A stretch of 63,206 bases of DNA, the filler included, from Reticulomyxa filosa (taxonomy: Eukaryota > Protista > Foraminifera): NCBI GenBank assembly GCA_000512085.1. It is 19 parts of 19 records of this genome, joined end to end, with 100 filler letters (N's around TTAATTAATTAA, not from the genome) between each part and the next. Parts side by side here need not be neighbours in the genome. Positions count along the whole stretch, not along the records: positions 44,444 to 49,999 come from ASPP01000108.1; positions 50,100 to 63,206 come from ASPP01008241.1; 17 more parts are not named here. One strand, given 5' to 3'. The translations under genes were made by a program, and so were the position numbers. Below the pieces are notes generated by a model. The model searched no databases, was not told the DNA's origin, and was given only the letters and a program-made list of their open reading frames with translations. Below are positions 49,680-63,206 of this stretch, piece by piece. Numbering within the stretch: the stretch's first letter is position 1; every line of letters starts with the position of its first letter.

Positions 49680-49999
49680 GAAGAAATCCAAATTATAATC
49701 TATCATTGGATTCGGACATTAAACATTAAATTAGGATGGATTAAAGATTTTGACATACTCGTTGCCAATTATGTTAGTTCATTTGTTCTTTCTTTTTAAA
49801 TGACAATCAAAACATTCTAATATTATTTAACATAGGTTTATACTGTCTTCATGTTTGACACATTTCGTTCATCATCCAAATTAATCAATACATTCACTGG
49901 ACATACTAATTGGGTGAATAGTATTGATTATTCAACACTTAATGATTGTCAATTGATTTGTTCTGGATCAAATGATGAAACAGTTCGTGTATGGGATAT
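49680..49999 (+). CDS. G-beta-like WD40 family gene, 5' part (partial)
   Basis: HWIRTLNIKLGWIKDFD|...MFDTFRSSSKLINTFTGHTNWVNSIDYS; paralogue of the gene at 44444. Confidence 0.65.
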
Positions 50000-50434
50000 N
50001 NNNNNNNNNNNNNNNNNNNNNNNNNNNNNNNNNNNNNNNNNNNTTAATTAATTAANNNNNNNNNNNNNNNNNNNNNNNNNNNNNNNNNNNNNNNNNNNNT
50101 TTACAAAATATTAATTTTTCATAAACATATGTTTATATGTATTCATTTTAAGGCTAGTCATCGAAGACAACACACAAAACTTTCAAATAGTCGTAAATTT
50201 TCTTCAAATCAAATCTTCACTCCACGTTGCTATACAAACAGTGCCTGTTGAGACGTTAAGCCGTTGGAATCTTTCCAAATACTACCTTCTAATGACAGAC
50301 CGCTTTGAACACCTGCTCGCCGAACACATTTCGTTGAGCATGTATTGGTTGGAGATTGCGTTTTCTTGGATTGTTCACGATTGACAATGTCTTCAGCCAC
50401 AACATCCACATTTTCCATCGACATTGAACTCAAT

Positions 50435-50815
50435 ACTCCACAACTTAATCGTTTTATCTACAGAACATGATATAATTTTGGAACCATCATGAGAAAATTG
50501 TACATCCATTACCCAATTAGAATATCCTTCTAATACTTGAAGTTGTTTTCTTGATAATGCATCCCATATTCGGATTGTTTGATCATTTGAACATGAAACA
50601 ATTTTAGAATCATCAGTTGAAAATTAATCAGCATTCACTTCTGATAAATGCCCTTCTATTTGTTGAAGCTGTTTTCATCATAATAATCCCATATTCAAAT
50701 TATTTGGTCATTTAAGCAGTGATAATTTTGGAACCATCAGGAGAAAACTGTACACCAGCAACCCAATTTGGATATCATTCCATTAATTGGATCTGTTGAT
50801 CTGATGATGCGTACA
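50435..50815 (-). pseudogene. WD40 repeat pseudogene (FSPDGSKI type)
   Basis: WVAGVQFSPDGSKI...KIVSCSNDQTIRIWD...LEGYSNWVMDVQFSHDGSKIISCS.DKTIKL, with stops and frameshifts. Confidence 0.75.
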
Positions 50816-51399
50816 ATATTACACAAGCTGTTTCAATAAGATCTTTGGTTGCGTATTCAATAAATCAGGTTTATCACTCCTTTCTGTTTTTTCGACAATG
50901 TCCGCCAAATTACAATAGTCTTTTGTTTATGTTTTTTGGATCTCATATGTAATTTAGGAAATGCGAAATTTCGGAAAGTTGTAATTTAACGTAGTATAGA
51001 TTTCAAATTTTTTTTAGAATTAAAATGAGCATAAAATTTGAGCGATATATTTGACATAACTATTTTCATGTTTTGAATTACCACTGTTTTCATTATTGTA
51101 ACATCACAAAGATTATTTTCGTGAAGTGTACACAATGGTTTATCGCATTATCTTCGCAACACTGAAATGTCGTGACAGAAAGAGATAGACAAGTGATGTT
51201 ACAGTGTATCACTTGAAAACCAGTATCACCACACACAAAAGATCTCAACATCAAAGCAAAAACAAACACGAACAATAAGCTTTTAAAAACGGAAAAAAAA
51301 GATCTACCCCAAAGACTAACGCTAAGTTGTATGGTTTGAATGGCTACCAAGTATTGTCAATTTCACAAAACTCATCAAATGATGAGACATGCGCCTATC

Positions 51400-54300
51400 A
51401 GTTCGAGTTAAGTGAATCCACCTCACAAACATCTCCTCTATTTTTAGAAAAGCCATTATGACGCGATGTGTCAGACCCTTCCACATGACAGCACAGCGAG
51501 GTCTCTCTCGCCTTGAGCAAAGGCCGACTACTCTGTGGAAGTAATGTCGGATTCGATATAAGCAAATAAGACCCTTCCGTGTCATCAACAACAAAGTTCC
51601 AACAGTCGCTTTGCCGATAAGCCTGCTGCAACTCCGGGACGCCAAATGTGGAGTTGCCACTACTTAAAATTGTATTTACGAAAACACGTACAATCAAACA
51701 AATTAATTATACATATAGCTTTTTTTTTTTTGTTAAATAAAAAAAAGTACGTATACATAATCGGATGTAACATGTACACAAATAATAAAATGAGGTTCCT
51801 ACTTTGAACATGTTTTTTTCTCCGAGTTTTTGATTGAATGAAAAGAACAATAGTGGTTGGCCAGTGATGAAGAAAGGTAACATCCGCAAAGGGGGCAAAA
51901 GGGGAATGCCTTTTGTTCGACCAGATGGTAATTACCATTGCGGACAGTGCGCACATGGTTATTGGTAAGGTTTGTGGAACAAGTGTTCACCTGTTTACAG
52001 TGGGACGAAAGATAAGGTTCCTCAACACGCCATAACTCCTTGGAAGATGGTGGTGACGATAGTGATGATGAAGAGGACAGTTGATCATTTTCAATTGGCA
52101 CAGTGTTGTTTTGTGTGTCTGTCTTGGGCAAATGACCAGGACCTTTACGTTGTGAAGAAGTCGTTGTCGTAGTAGTAGTGGGTGGATTGGAAGACGTGGT
52201 CAAAGGATACGTCGTCGTGATGCCCTCTTTTATGTCCTTCGCTTGCGTCGACTTTTGATTTTGAGGAGAGGGTGTTGCAATTGTGTTCAAACATGTGTCA
52301 TTAACCCATTTCGAAGACGTGCTGTAATCCAGCGCTGTGTTACCACACCACGTGAACGACGACGATGAAGAAGAAGAAGAAGACGACAAGAGACGATCTT
52401 TGATTTCACTAGCCATTGAACACTGTGACAGTGTGCTGTCTTCATTTTTCATGGAAAATGCAAAATGGCTGAGGATATTATTGTTCATTGTATTTTCCAC
52501 TGTCGATGGGAAATATTCCTGAGCCAATTCCATAAAAACAAATTATTTTTTTTGTGGTTCTATATATATGTACATATACATATCCCCTTTCTCTCACGCT
52601 CAAGTCAAAACTTCGATTAGATTGATGTCTTTCTCAATCTCAACAAAACACGGACCACATTGTCCGTTTGGAGAGCGCTGTTCGTCAGAACAACCTGACG
52701 CAGTCGCATCATTGCTTTTGGGACGCTGTTGAATGGGACTGACGTTCAGCGGACCACTTTGGCGAGAAAGGCCATCCAAAGACACGCCCTCCAATCTTTT
52801 GTCTTGGCCCGTGTGCAACACTGCATATTCGTCAATCGTCTGTTCAAATTGTTTGTCATTTTCATCCTTGCTCGTATCCTTATCCTTGGCTTTATCCTTA
52901 GTTTTGACACAAGACTTTGTCTTCTGCTTCGACTTATATTTTATATCCCTATATACATAAACATATGCATATATGTATATGTACATATACATATATTTAC
53001 GCGTGTATTATATATCTTTATTTATTTGTTATTTGTTTACTGATTTAATAAAAGTAATGCAAATATAATAATTTGATAAATCTCTGTTTCTCGATTTTTA
53101 CACGAAACATATTTATAACACAGACAAAAAGTTTGGGACAAAACTGTGTGTGGACGAGATCGGATTGGTTGTGTAGTTTGTGGAAAGTCCGAAGCTGGGC
53201 GATCAAGGAATCCAAATCGTCAAAAAAGGGGTTCAAACAAACGGCAATGAACAGATCGGCGTTGGCCAATTCGTTTGCACAAGGGTCCCGCAGCACCATG
53301 ATCACGTCTTCAAACCTCTCTGTTTTCAATATTTCTTTTTCGCGCAATGCCAGCAGCGCCAAAGCCGTTCTGAATATCATGCTCGTTCCCTCTGCAAATA
53401 AGATATCCCAAACTCGTAAAGTCGTCTGTACATTCACATTTTTTTTATTTTTTTTTAAAGATTTGCCAAAGGGGTGAGAAAAAAAGGGGGGGGGAAAAGA
53501 AAATAAATTAAAAAAAACTTGGTATGGCAAAGTGGTAACAAATAAACATAAGAACCAATCGATAGCGACAGTGGACAAATGGAATTGAAGCGCATGAAAA
53601 TGGCGAGCAATTCTGGGCAGCTTGATGCGGATTAATTCGGAGAGCACACGTTCGTCAAGCAAAACACCGGCCAAATCGACTTGATGATAGAAGAGATCCA
53701 TTGCGCAGCACACATCCTCCAGCACGCTGCAAAGCATCCAAAACGCTTGTTGTTCGTCCATGAATGACAGTAGCATGGCACCGATGATATTCATCGACTG
53801 GCAGTAGCCGACACTCGGGTTTCTCACACTGTATGCCATGAGAATACGTCGGAGCATTTCCACCGTTTTTTCGTTTCTTTGCTGTTCGTCCCATGGAAAT
53901 GTCCTCTTCAAATCCTTTTCTATTGTCGAGTCTATGCCTTTATCCTTATCTTTATCTTTATCTTTGCCTCTCATCATCTTTCTTTCCTCACTTTTTTGTA
54001 CAAGCTGCAAGTAGTAATTTGGACAAATTGTTTTCATCGTATGCATACGCTTTTGGCATCCCGACGTCTCACTCCAAACCTGTTGTGTTTCCACCAATGA
54101 TATCCGTTTCATGTTTGTGTACAATTTTTTTTTATTTTTTTTTTTTTTGGAGGGGGTTTCAATGCATCACAACTTACAAAAAAAAAAAAAAAAAAAAAGG
54201 GGGGAATTCTTTTCTTTTTTTTTTAATAAAAAATCTTAACAAAACCCCTGAGAGAAGAAGGAATCCCTTTTCGTATCATGGGCTTCAATTCCGTTCGATC

Positions 54301-55944
54301 CTCGCTCATATCCATTCGATGTGCGAGATACTTTTCCCACCACTCCTGTTCATTACTCACACGTGGCTTTCGTTTCAGCATCTTGTTACATGTTGCGTAT
54401 TATGTTAGTGTGTGTATGTACACCACTATTTGTTTGTTTTTGTTTTTTGTTTTTGTTTTTTGGCTTCCTTGGAGATAGTTTCAATATGTGGGAGTATTGT
54501 AAGTTTGAATATACCAAATCAGCAGAGGTTTTTTGGTTGTGCTGTCCTAATCGAAATGGCAATAGCTCCAATGAAAACATTAGTGCATTCTCGCCACTTT
54601 TGCTTTCTTTCTTTTCGGCATACCCCAGGCCCCCCTGTCCAAAACGTGTCCCATTTGTTTGCCATTGCCACATTGTTTTAATGATAGAGATTGACAGTAG
54701 TATCCAAGCTTTAGAAAGAGAGTAATGGGGTTGTTTTTTTTTTTGTATAAATAATAATAATAATAAAAAGAAAAGGGGGATCCACGCATGAACGTTATAA
54801 ATAGGAACATAACGCAATGGACTCGTTCCGCCAATAGTCGAATGAAACATCTTTTGCAAACTCGAATTGCGTCGTGAATTCCTTTGTCAGGAATTGCCGC
54901 AGTATCTTTATTATTTCAACATTCAGATGTATTCATATACATACATATATATATTGTAAATAACAAAAATCAACAAATACAGCTGCTTTTTTTTTTTTTT
55001 TTGGAGTACTAACGAGGTGAGCACAAAGTGCAAACGACTTGCCCACATGATCCACAATGATACTTTGAATTAGAAGTAGTGAACTTGCCATTGCAAACGT
55101 TGCAGCAAACTACATTTTCATCACAAGCCCATTCTGCTGGATTGTCCATATCTTCATTCTAAAGTTTTGTAGATTGTCGTGTCTTTTATTTTTTTCTTTA
55201 TATTCAGGTGGAGGGGGAGGAGGAGGAAAGAGAGAAAAAAAAACAACAAAACTTGAATAAAGGCACTTGGATTCATTTGTGTCAATAACTGTGCGCACAA
55301 GTCCCTTTGCTAAAGTTTACACGAGTTGCACATACACATTAAAAAAAAATTTTTTTGAATCATTATGCAACTGACTAGTGCCCCCTTCCTTTTCAAAAAA
55401 AAAAAAATAAAATTATTAAGTGTGTATACTCCTCTTTCTCCTTGAATTCTTTTCCAATTCTTTTTTTTTTAAAAAAAAGGGAGTTTAAAAAAAATTTTTA
55501 GAACTTCCTTTTTTTTTTTTTTGAGTTTGCCCCTCCTCGTCCCCTCTTTTCCAAAAATCCCAAACTTTTTTGGATTGAAATAACAAGTCCCAAGAAGCGT
55601 CTCGCTTTCGGTCAAACACAATGACTAGCCGGTTGTCATTTTTGGTCGAACAGAGTATCTTGCGCATTGATAAACTCTTCATTATTGATACATTTGCTTG
55701 TGAGGGACTCATTTCCAACCGTCCATTTTTAAGATATTACATTGCCCGTCTAACTCCAAATTGCACTATTTCGTCAATTTTTCCTTTTCCAATTAAATTG
55801 AGTACAAAAGTAATTTTTTTTCCTCCTCTCGTATATATTGTTGAGTACTCGGCTTTAGCTTTGTTTTGTTGGTTGGAAAGGTAGTACCTCTTGTTTGTTT
55901 GACGAACGCAAATTTTTCACAACGAAATATTCTTTTGATGGCAT
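51400..55944 (-). CDS. Multi-exon Rab-GAP with FYVE zinc finger and TBC domain (gene ends approximate)
   Basis: TBC: IRKGIP..LRG|VW..., IEKDLKRTFP, LRRILMAYSVRNPSVGYCQSMN, WFLCLF..LP, LRVWD. FYVE exons at 55012-55140 (WACD..C.VC..KF...KYHCGSCGQVVC..CS) and ~54850 (IRVCKRCF). Confidence 0.8.
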
Positions 55945-57591
55945 TTTTGCCAGTGTGAGAAATTGTTTTGGATGCATTTTAACAGAAGAAAGATGATTGG
56001 ATCATGAAAATAAAAGAGCTTACAAGTGCCAAGTCGTTTGTTATGTACGACTTTTTTTGATTTTGAAATATCCCTTTTAAACGTGGTAACGTGCTAGCTA
56101 AGCAGACTTGTTTGCCTCCAACAAAAAATTTATCAAAGCACAGTTTTAATGGACAGTTAGTTTCTATTGACAAAAAAGGATATTCAAGACAAACGTGTTA
56201 GCCTCAATTACAATCTTTCAAAATTAATACTTGTGAAATGTAAACAAATAATTACTTGTTAATAACCATTGTTTGCAATGTCTAAGGTTAAGAAAATGTT
56301 GTATTTCTTTTAGTAAAAACTCCTTCCAAATGCAGAAGAATAAAAAGAAAGTGTACGCATAAAAAGGTACTTTCTCGTGCCGATGGATTTGCTAATTCTT
56401 TTTCAAGCATTTTGTAAATATTTTTTTAGGATGTCAATATTGATTTTTTGATCATTTTTTGCTCAATATCATTTTTGTCGTTTGCAATTTCTGTTAAAAC
56501 GTGAAAACGCGTTGATATATTTGTGAAAGTACTATATGTAAAAATGATAAGTGAATGTTTATAATATTTGACTTTGATACATTATTAAGAAATCTAAAAC
56601 TATTTCAATGGAGATAGTACTTTTATATGCACATAACAATGTGTTTATATTATCATATAAGTTAGTTTTTCACAATTAATTTGAATATATAAATAATATC
56701 ATATTATTTGTTCTACTTTTTGTAAAGTAATAAAACGTACTTTAGTTTATATAATTTAAAGCACAATTAATCTATATTAAAATACTTTACGTATTTCAGT
56801 TCAGCTTACTTGATAATATTTTGATATTGCTATTTATCATATAAATCATATGATTAATCAATAATTTCTATTTTTTTCCATCTACAATCAGTTTCAAATT
56901 GTTAAATATGACTGTTTTCCATGTCTATGTCTGTTTCCTCGTTCCTATATGTTTTCATTATTTGCCCTAAGTTAGATAATAAAGTCACCCTTATTGCTTT
57001 TTTATTTGTTTTCGATGATATTATGTATTTGTCGTCCTTGCTTGCTCAATGTTTAAGCTTTTGCATATTTTTCTTAATGTGAACATGTATTTTTTACATT
57101 TTGCATTTTCCAATTTGAGTATCTTTTTGTAAATTAGCATTACTTTGCTATATATTATAACAGCTTTTTTATAAAAATTTTTATTTATTTGTCTGTTTCA
57201 TGTTATTTAGCAACAGTAAATATTATTATTTGAATTAATTATTAGCTTTTTGCATTTCACCAACAACTCAGATCTTGACTGCGTTGTTATTGTTTCTACA
57301 AATTACCTTTGCTCTGCACATTTACAGTGGTAATTTTTAACGTATACTGCGTTGTGTAGTATCATTATGTTAATTTCTTTTCAATAAGTCCTAGTGTGAA
57401 AAATAGGTATTAAAGTAATAAGTAGACAATATTGATAAATTTTTCATGGACTGTCTCATTAACAATACGAAATATTTAGTTGCAAAACAAAAAAGTTTTC
57501 TTTTTCCTTTTTTTGTGTTGCGCTGCAATTTTGTGCGTTATATATTCTCAAAAGGTTTAATTGGTTAATCAAATCATTCTAATTCAGTCGA

Positions 57592-59046
57592 TAATGAGCA
57601 CGTTTTTTTCCTATATTGGCGAAGAATACAACGGAAAGATGACGGAAAGCGCAACAACTGAAAGCGATTGTACGGAAGCGGATCACTGTAACTGCGAGAC
57701 CCATATAAAATGCAGCGAAGGAAGTGAATTAGGCCAGGAAACTAAGCCGTGGGTTTCCTGTGCCTACCACGCACAACACGGCCGCAGTTCGTGTTTTTCA
57801 TGTCTTTCGCGGGTTTCAACATTGTGGTGGTTGTTGCAAGACCTGCGGCTGCGATCACTTGGATCAAGCCCCGATTCATCACAACAGTTGTGTCCTTACT
57901 AGTGAGCCATTGCCTACATCCACTCCAAAAAATGAGAAAAACGGCAACAATTGTTTTTTCGACACTCAAATTGAATACACAAACACTCGCACCGCTCAAG
58001 TTATTACCTTTCATTTAAAGCCGATCAAAAACACAACCAAAAAGACCAAACCAACGAAGAAACCCACTGCGACGCCATGTTGTGATGCCAGCATCACAAC
58101 TGCAAACACCGACGAAAAAATTGAATGTCCTGCTTGTCACGTTTTTATTGCTAGAACCAACACCGCGACAAAACGCCATCAAGGGATTTGCTTTCAAAAA
58201 GGTGTGCAACGTTATTATATTTTTTATTATCTTTTTTAAAAAATAAAAAAAAAAAAAAGGGTTACTGAGAGGGAGAACGCTTTTTTTTTTGTGAAAAAAA
58301 TTATTTTATGTTTTTGCGAAATACCGTGTGAGTGTAACAAAAATAAAAAATTGTTGGAAATAGTTTATCGTTGCAGTGGATGTTTCATTCTGACATTAAG
58401 TATGAAGGAAGTTTTTTTGCATAAAAAGAAATGCAAAAATAATCCGAACCGCGATAAAAAAAAGCCGAAAAAAAAAGAACAAGTTAGCCACAAACGGACG
58501 GCAACACCTAAAAAGTATGAATGTGAGAAATGTGGGAAAACGTTTAAAAATAACAACAACTTGAAACAACATATCACTGGGGTTCATACAAAAGTATTTC
58601 GCTGTCCTTATGATGCATGTCAATTGCCATGCAAGCTCTTTGGTCAACAAAGACATTTGCGTGTGCACATTGAGCGGTTTCATTTAAAAGTTCGTGAAAC
58701 ATGTGAGTTTTGTAAAAAGTCTTTTTATGACAAAAGCAGCTTGCGTAAGCATATTAACGATATCCACCTTGGGGTTAAGCAATTCACCTGTTTTACCTGT
58801 CATAAGTGTTTTGCAAGGTTTGGTTTATATGTTTTATTTTATTTATGATAATTGCCATAAAAAAAAACGATTTTGATCTGTTTGCTTTAATGATGTAGAA
58901 AAAAAGGATTAGATATTCATTTAAGCACACACGATTGTGTCAAGAAAGTAATGTATGAATGCGAATATTGTCAAATTTCGTTTGCCTACAAAAGCAATTT
59001 ACAAAGGCATATATCCAAAAATCATGAAGAAGTGGTCTCAAATTGA
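57592..59046 (+). CDS. C2H2 zinc-finger protein, multi-exon
   Basis: YECEKCGKTFKNNNNLKQHITGVH, CPYDAC...HLRVHIERFH, CEFCKKSF.....LRKHINDIH, CFTCHKCF and YECEYCQISF..KSNLQRHISKNH. Confidence 0.85.
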
Positions 59047-59430
59047 AAGCATGAGTGTTGTGTCCTTTTTGGTTTTGTTTTTGTTTTTTTAAGAATTCTT
59101 CTTTATTGGAGTGGTTTTGGCAAGGCTCGAAAAAAATTGGCTGTGATGAAGAAAATACTAAAAATTAAATTTTTCATTTTGTTTGAACAAAAAAAAGAAC
59201 TTCAAATTTAACTGCATTTTTTCTTGTTGTATCACGAAAATTAATTCCCGTGTCAATATTATTAAATCACTTGACTTTAGGAATAAACAAATAAAATATA
59301 AAGTTCGAGATTTTTAAATATTTTCTTCGGGTGCATTTGTAAATGAAATCCAAGTCATATTTATTGAATAAAAATTTGAACCTTTTTAAGAACAATTTGT
59401 AGTTGCAAGAAAATAATTTAATATTTGTTT

Positions 59431-61313
59431 TCACTTTGAAGTAAAATTTTGTTCTTGAACATTTATCCCATGTTTTGTCAAATGTTTTTCATTTAGCTGC
59501 GGGTCAGTGTTGAAGGGTATTTGTTGACATAACCAACTCATTACATTTTCCTGTCAAAGTCAAGCGTTTACTGTTTTTTTTTTATAAATACAGGAAAAAT
59601 AACTAAACTTCCCAGTTGGAATAGTTGTTTCTATCAACTCTTTTTAAAATATTAATTGCTGAAGTAAGATCTTTTTGGATGTACATTTCGTCTTTTTTTA
59701 AGTTTGTAGAAAGAATAGCTCTTTGGTATAACGCCATTGCCTTCATGCATGTAACATATGTTTTTTCATATTTAGTATACAAATAAATTTGCATGAAAAT
59801 AGAAACCTTTGTAAGAAAAACAGAGAAAATATGCACACCAGAAATTTCTCGCAGATAAGTTTGGAGTATTTGTCATTATTGACATCAGCTGACAATACTT
59901 GTATGACATGACTACAATCTTCATGGGCACGCTCCCATTGTTTCACTCCAATCAAACATTGACAACGACCGACATAGCATTCAATCACTTCGCTGTCATG
60001 CGATCGAAGTTCGTGATCTTCTTTTTTAAGGACAGCAGTGTACATATTCAACGCCGACTCAAGCGCATTGCACAAATAATATTTATGTGCTTTATCAATC
60101 ATAAACGGCACACACATTGCAAGTGTGTCAGGTTTTGTTTTTGCTTCGGTTGGTACAATGGCTTCGATCTTGGTAAAGTCGGGAGGTCTTACGTTTTCGC
60201 GTGTAGGAACACAATAACCTGAATTTGTGAATGTTGTTTCTATCACTCTCGGACGTCGAATTCCAGGGACCATTTCTTTTACACATAATACTTTTTCCTT
60301 TATTTGTTTTTTTTTTTCTTTTTATTACGCGCATTCATATAATCCTTTTTTTTAATCAAAAGAAATACAATTCCATAACCTCTGCAGTTTCTACGTTTTT
60401 GGTAACTGCGCATTCTGTGGATGATACGTTCTTAGCGTTGTATACGTTTTCGCATGTTTTTTCCTCAATGTCCTCGCACGATTCTTCTGTTTTTTTCGGG
60501 CTCGTGTCTTTTCCTCGAATCCATGAATCGACTTCGCACTATAAATAAATAATTGTTATAAGGTGTATAGAAAGAAAAACTCTTTTTTCCTCATCCTAAA
60601 GTGCAATAATAATCTATACCTGTGCCTGTTCTTTTGCTTTTTCTTCGAGTTGGCTAATGGTTTGTTTTAGAACTTTTTCTTCATGCCATTCTCTTTCACG
60701 AGCTTGCTGCATCTGATACGTAGTGCATTCAAGCGCAGCTGCACACTTGGTGCATGTGGGGAGCCAAAAAAAAAAAGAGTAACCTGTTGCTGTTGTTTAC
60801 GTTTTTGGGATTGTGTCATATTTTGACGAAACGTTTCAAGTTCCATCAGTGATGCCTGCCTTCTTTCGAACCTTGTTTTTTTGTCTCCACTATATTGAAT
60901 GTCATCCCAAAGTTTGGGCGATTTCTGAATGTGTTTATGCCCACATGCAACCGTCAGAACAGGAGAGAAAAAAAGGATTCAAACCTTTCAAAAAAGAAAA
61001 AAACAGAGCCTCAACTTTTAAAAATTGAAATTCGATGTTTGTTGATCGCAAAAGAACCTTTACATGAAATGGATCGATTTCGCACGGAAAATCAAGTTGC
61101 AGCAAGTAAGGAGAAAAATTAAAGCTAAAGTAGATGACAGTGACTGTACAATTTGAACACAATTGAAACAAAGCTGCAAAAAAAAAAAAAAAGTTGTTGC
61201 GTATAACTTTCGACAATGTCATAAAGAAATTGTTTTCTAAGCCCTTTCAGATTTATCGTGACACAAGCAAGCGTTTCTGTTTGGTTCCAACTCCAATCTG
61301 GGGTTATTTGCAT
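59431..61313 (-). CDS. DNAAF4: Dynein axonemal assembly factor 4 (DYX1C1)-like protein: CS domain + coiled coil + TPR, multi-exon
   Basis: ITPDWSWNQTET...TINLKG...FSPYLLQLDF..EID matches the DYX1C1 CS domain; PGIR....IETTFT.....PTRE linker; TPR (A..MYT.......YVGRCQCLI...QW..A.EDC..VIQ.L). Confidence 0.7.
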
Positions 61314-61971
61314 TTTTGCTCTAAAAAAATTTATTTTAAAGCAAACTTTTCCTCATGAATAAAAAAGAATACTTATTTTTTGTTGTCGTGACGTCAAACA
61401 AAGTCTTCAATATTGTCAACAACACTGCTGAACTCACGAGGAGTATAGTTTCGACGTGTTTTTGAACAACTGTGTACATTAAAGCCAATCAGCAAAAATC
61501 ACTTAAGAAAACAGTAGATTACAAAATCTTAAGCTAATTAAAATTAAAGGCAATACGAAATAGTTTCTTAACGTGTTGGATGTTGCACTCCAAACAGGAG
61601 ATGCTTTTGCTATCTTGCTTTTCTTGTAGATAAATGAGTAGAGAGTATGAAAAGAGCAATATAACTATGGCTTCTATCAAGAAGAATCGAATGCAATGAA
61701 TCAGTACAACGTCAAACTTAGAGAGAAGATACATATGAAAAAAGAGAAGAAGTGGTCTCGCTCATAGTTTTTATCAAGTGATTTTTGAAAAATATTACAA
61801 AAAAACAAGTTGGGCATTTTTCAATAATCACTTTAGTAAAGGAGGGAGGAAAAAAAAATAAAAATCCAATTTCTAATGATTAACGCCGATATATTTATTT
61901 TTGTTACAAGCCTAAATCGTCCTCGTTCTCTTTTTCTCTCTATTCCATATTCCTTAGAACAAAGTATGAAT

Positions 61972-63185
61972 TTACAATACAGTGCAGCATTGAGAGGCCG
62001 GTGGCACATATGTTGGCATTTCATCACGTAAAGTGGATCGTCTCCTTTCATTGGTGAAAGTGGCGACGGGGTCCGGTCGGTTCCTCAAAAAAGTTTGTTT
62101 ATCTTGTCTAGCTTCCTGATAGGCGCCTGTGTTTCTGCGTTTGGGCGGTGCGGCGTCAGTTTTGATCGAGTCATTGGTCGACGCCTTGGGAGTTTGATCA
62201 TTAGCAGTATTATTATTGTTACTGTTTGGCGTGGCCTCGGTGGTGTTATTGGGTGACGAGGTTTGGATAAGCGTGCTGTTTTGTTTCGCGCCAGCCTCTT
62301 TTTCTTCGTCCTCCATTTTTACGAGTGGAGGATGTTTCATCTCCAATTCCTTGGGATCCCACAGCTGTTCATCGTCGGCGTCGTTCGCACCGTTTGGACG
62401 ATTCGCCACTTTTTCGCCACTGCTGTAGCTGTTTAGGGACCCAATCAGCAAAGACGTGTCAAAATGGAACTTCACCAGCTCCGACTTTTTCGTACGTTTC
62501 AAAAAGTTGTCATACGTTTTGTGGTTCAAAGTGAACCCACGAGATCGTGTCTTCACCATCGTACTCTGTCCAGCTTCGTTAATCGCCGGATGTAGTGCAT
62601 GCAAAAATTCTTCATACTATCTTTTTTTTTACATATATGTACGTATACATTTTGCATTAGAAAGCAAATTGTGTACATACATATATAATATATATATATG
62701 CATACATAATAAATAATAAAAAAAAACGAAACATCAATTTCTCCGTCTCCGTTTTCGTCGATTTCTTTGAGAATGGACTCCACTCTTTTGAAGTCGGCCA
62801 CGTTGGCGCCAAACTTTTCCATGGCGTGTTTTAGCTCTTGACTGTCCAGTTTGCCATCCCCGTTTTCGTCCATTTCGACGAAGAGATCATACAAGCGCTC
62901 ATCCACAGCCACCAATGCGTCAAAGGCACTTGAGATGACGAGTTCGTCAATCGTGATCGACCTGCCGTCGTCCACGTCCAAGTTTTTGAAAATGCGGTCG
63001 ATCTCCTCGTCGTCCAGCTTCGTCGTCGCTTTCATGCCCTCTCGAAACTCCTCCAAGCTTATCTCTCCGTTGCCGTCTTTGTCCCATTTGCGAAACGTTT
63101 CCAGCGTCTGTGCGTACCGATGAGGGTCCATATGCAGCGCAAATAAGCGGGCCACAATCCGTTTGAATTGGCAAGTGTTTTGGAA
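61972..63185 (-). CDS. EF-hand calcium-binding region (CDPK-like calmodulin domain, 4 EF-hands) with C-terminal extension, 5' truncated
   Basis: DKDGNGEISLEE, DVDDGRSITIDE, DENGDGKLDSQE and DENGDGEID|YEEF; preceded by the junction-like segment CQFKRIVARLFA. Confidence 0.8.
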
Positions 63186-63206
63186 ATTTCTTTTTTTTTT
63201 TTTTTT

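Noticed and set aside
1-63206. tRNA, rRNA or CRISPR arrays
   Set aside because: None recognised by eye; tRNAscan-SE and Infernal were not run.

Overview
This window is a concatenation of 19 short, unlinked contigs joined by an artificial 100-nt spacer (44 N + TTAATTAATTAA + 44 N), not a natural locus. Eighteen contigs are AT-rich, intron-rich eukaryotic DNA. Their gene content and style (expanded G-beta-like WD40 family, many pseudogenes, poly-A/T introns) suggest a protist such as the foraminiferan Reticulomyxa; this is an inference. They carry fragments of dynein heavy chain, a TM-RGS protein, WDR7, an RRM protein, NUDT14, a BET-type bromodomain protein, PUS7, a CHK/EcKinase-like kinase, clathrin heavy chain, an ABCD transporter, coronin, NDUFA4/B12D, MetRS, a FYVE-TBC protein, a C2H2 protein, DNAAF4 and a CDPK-like EF-hand protein. 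They also carry Tc1/mariner relics and pseudogenes. One contig (9791-13053) is high-GC bacterial DNA, probably a co-sequenced bacterium. It holds a partial IS1182 transposase, a complete IS110-family (IS1111-type architecture) element and a partial beta-hydroxyacid dehydrogenase. The most notable signal is the 3' non-coding end of the IS110 element. It folds into two stem/internal-loop modules whose loop sequences match (i) the element's own flanking target DNA and (ii) its own end junction. This is a readable bridge/seek RNA for an RNA-guided recombinase, with an AG/CT core, a predicted target CCTCATC-CT-GAGA and an E-E-D-D variant of the catalytic tetrad.
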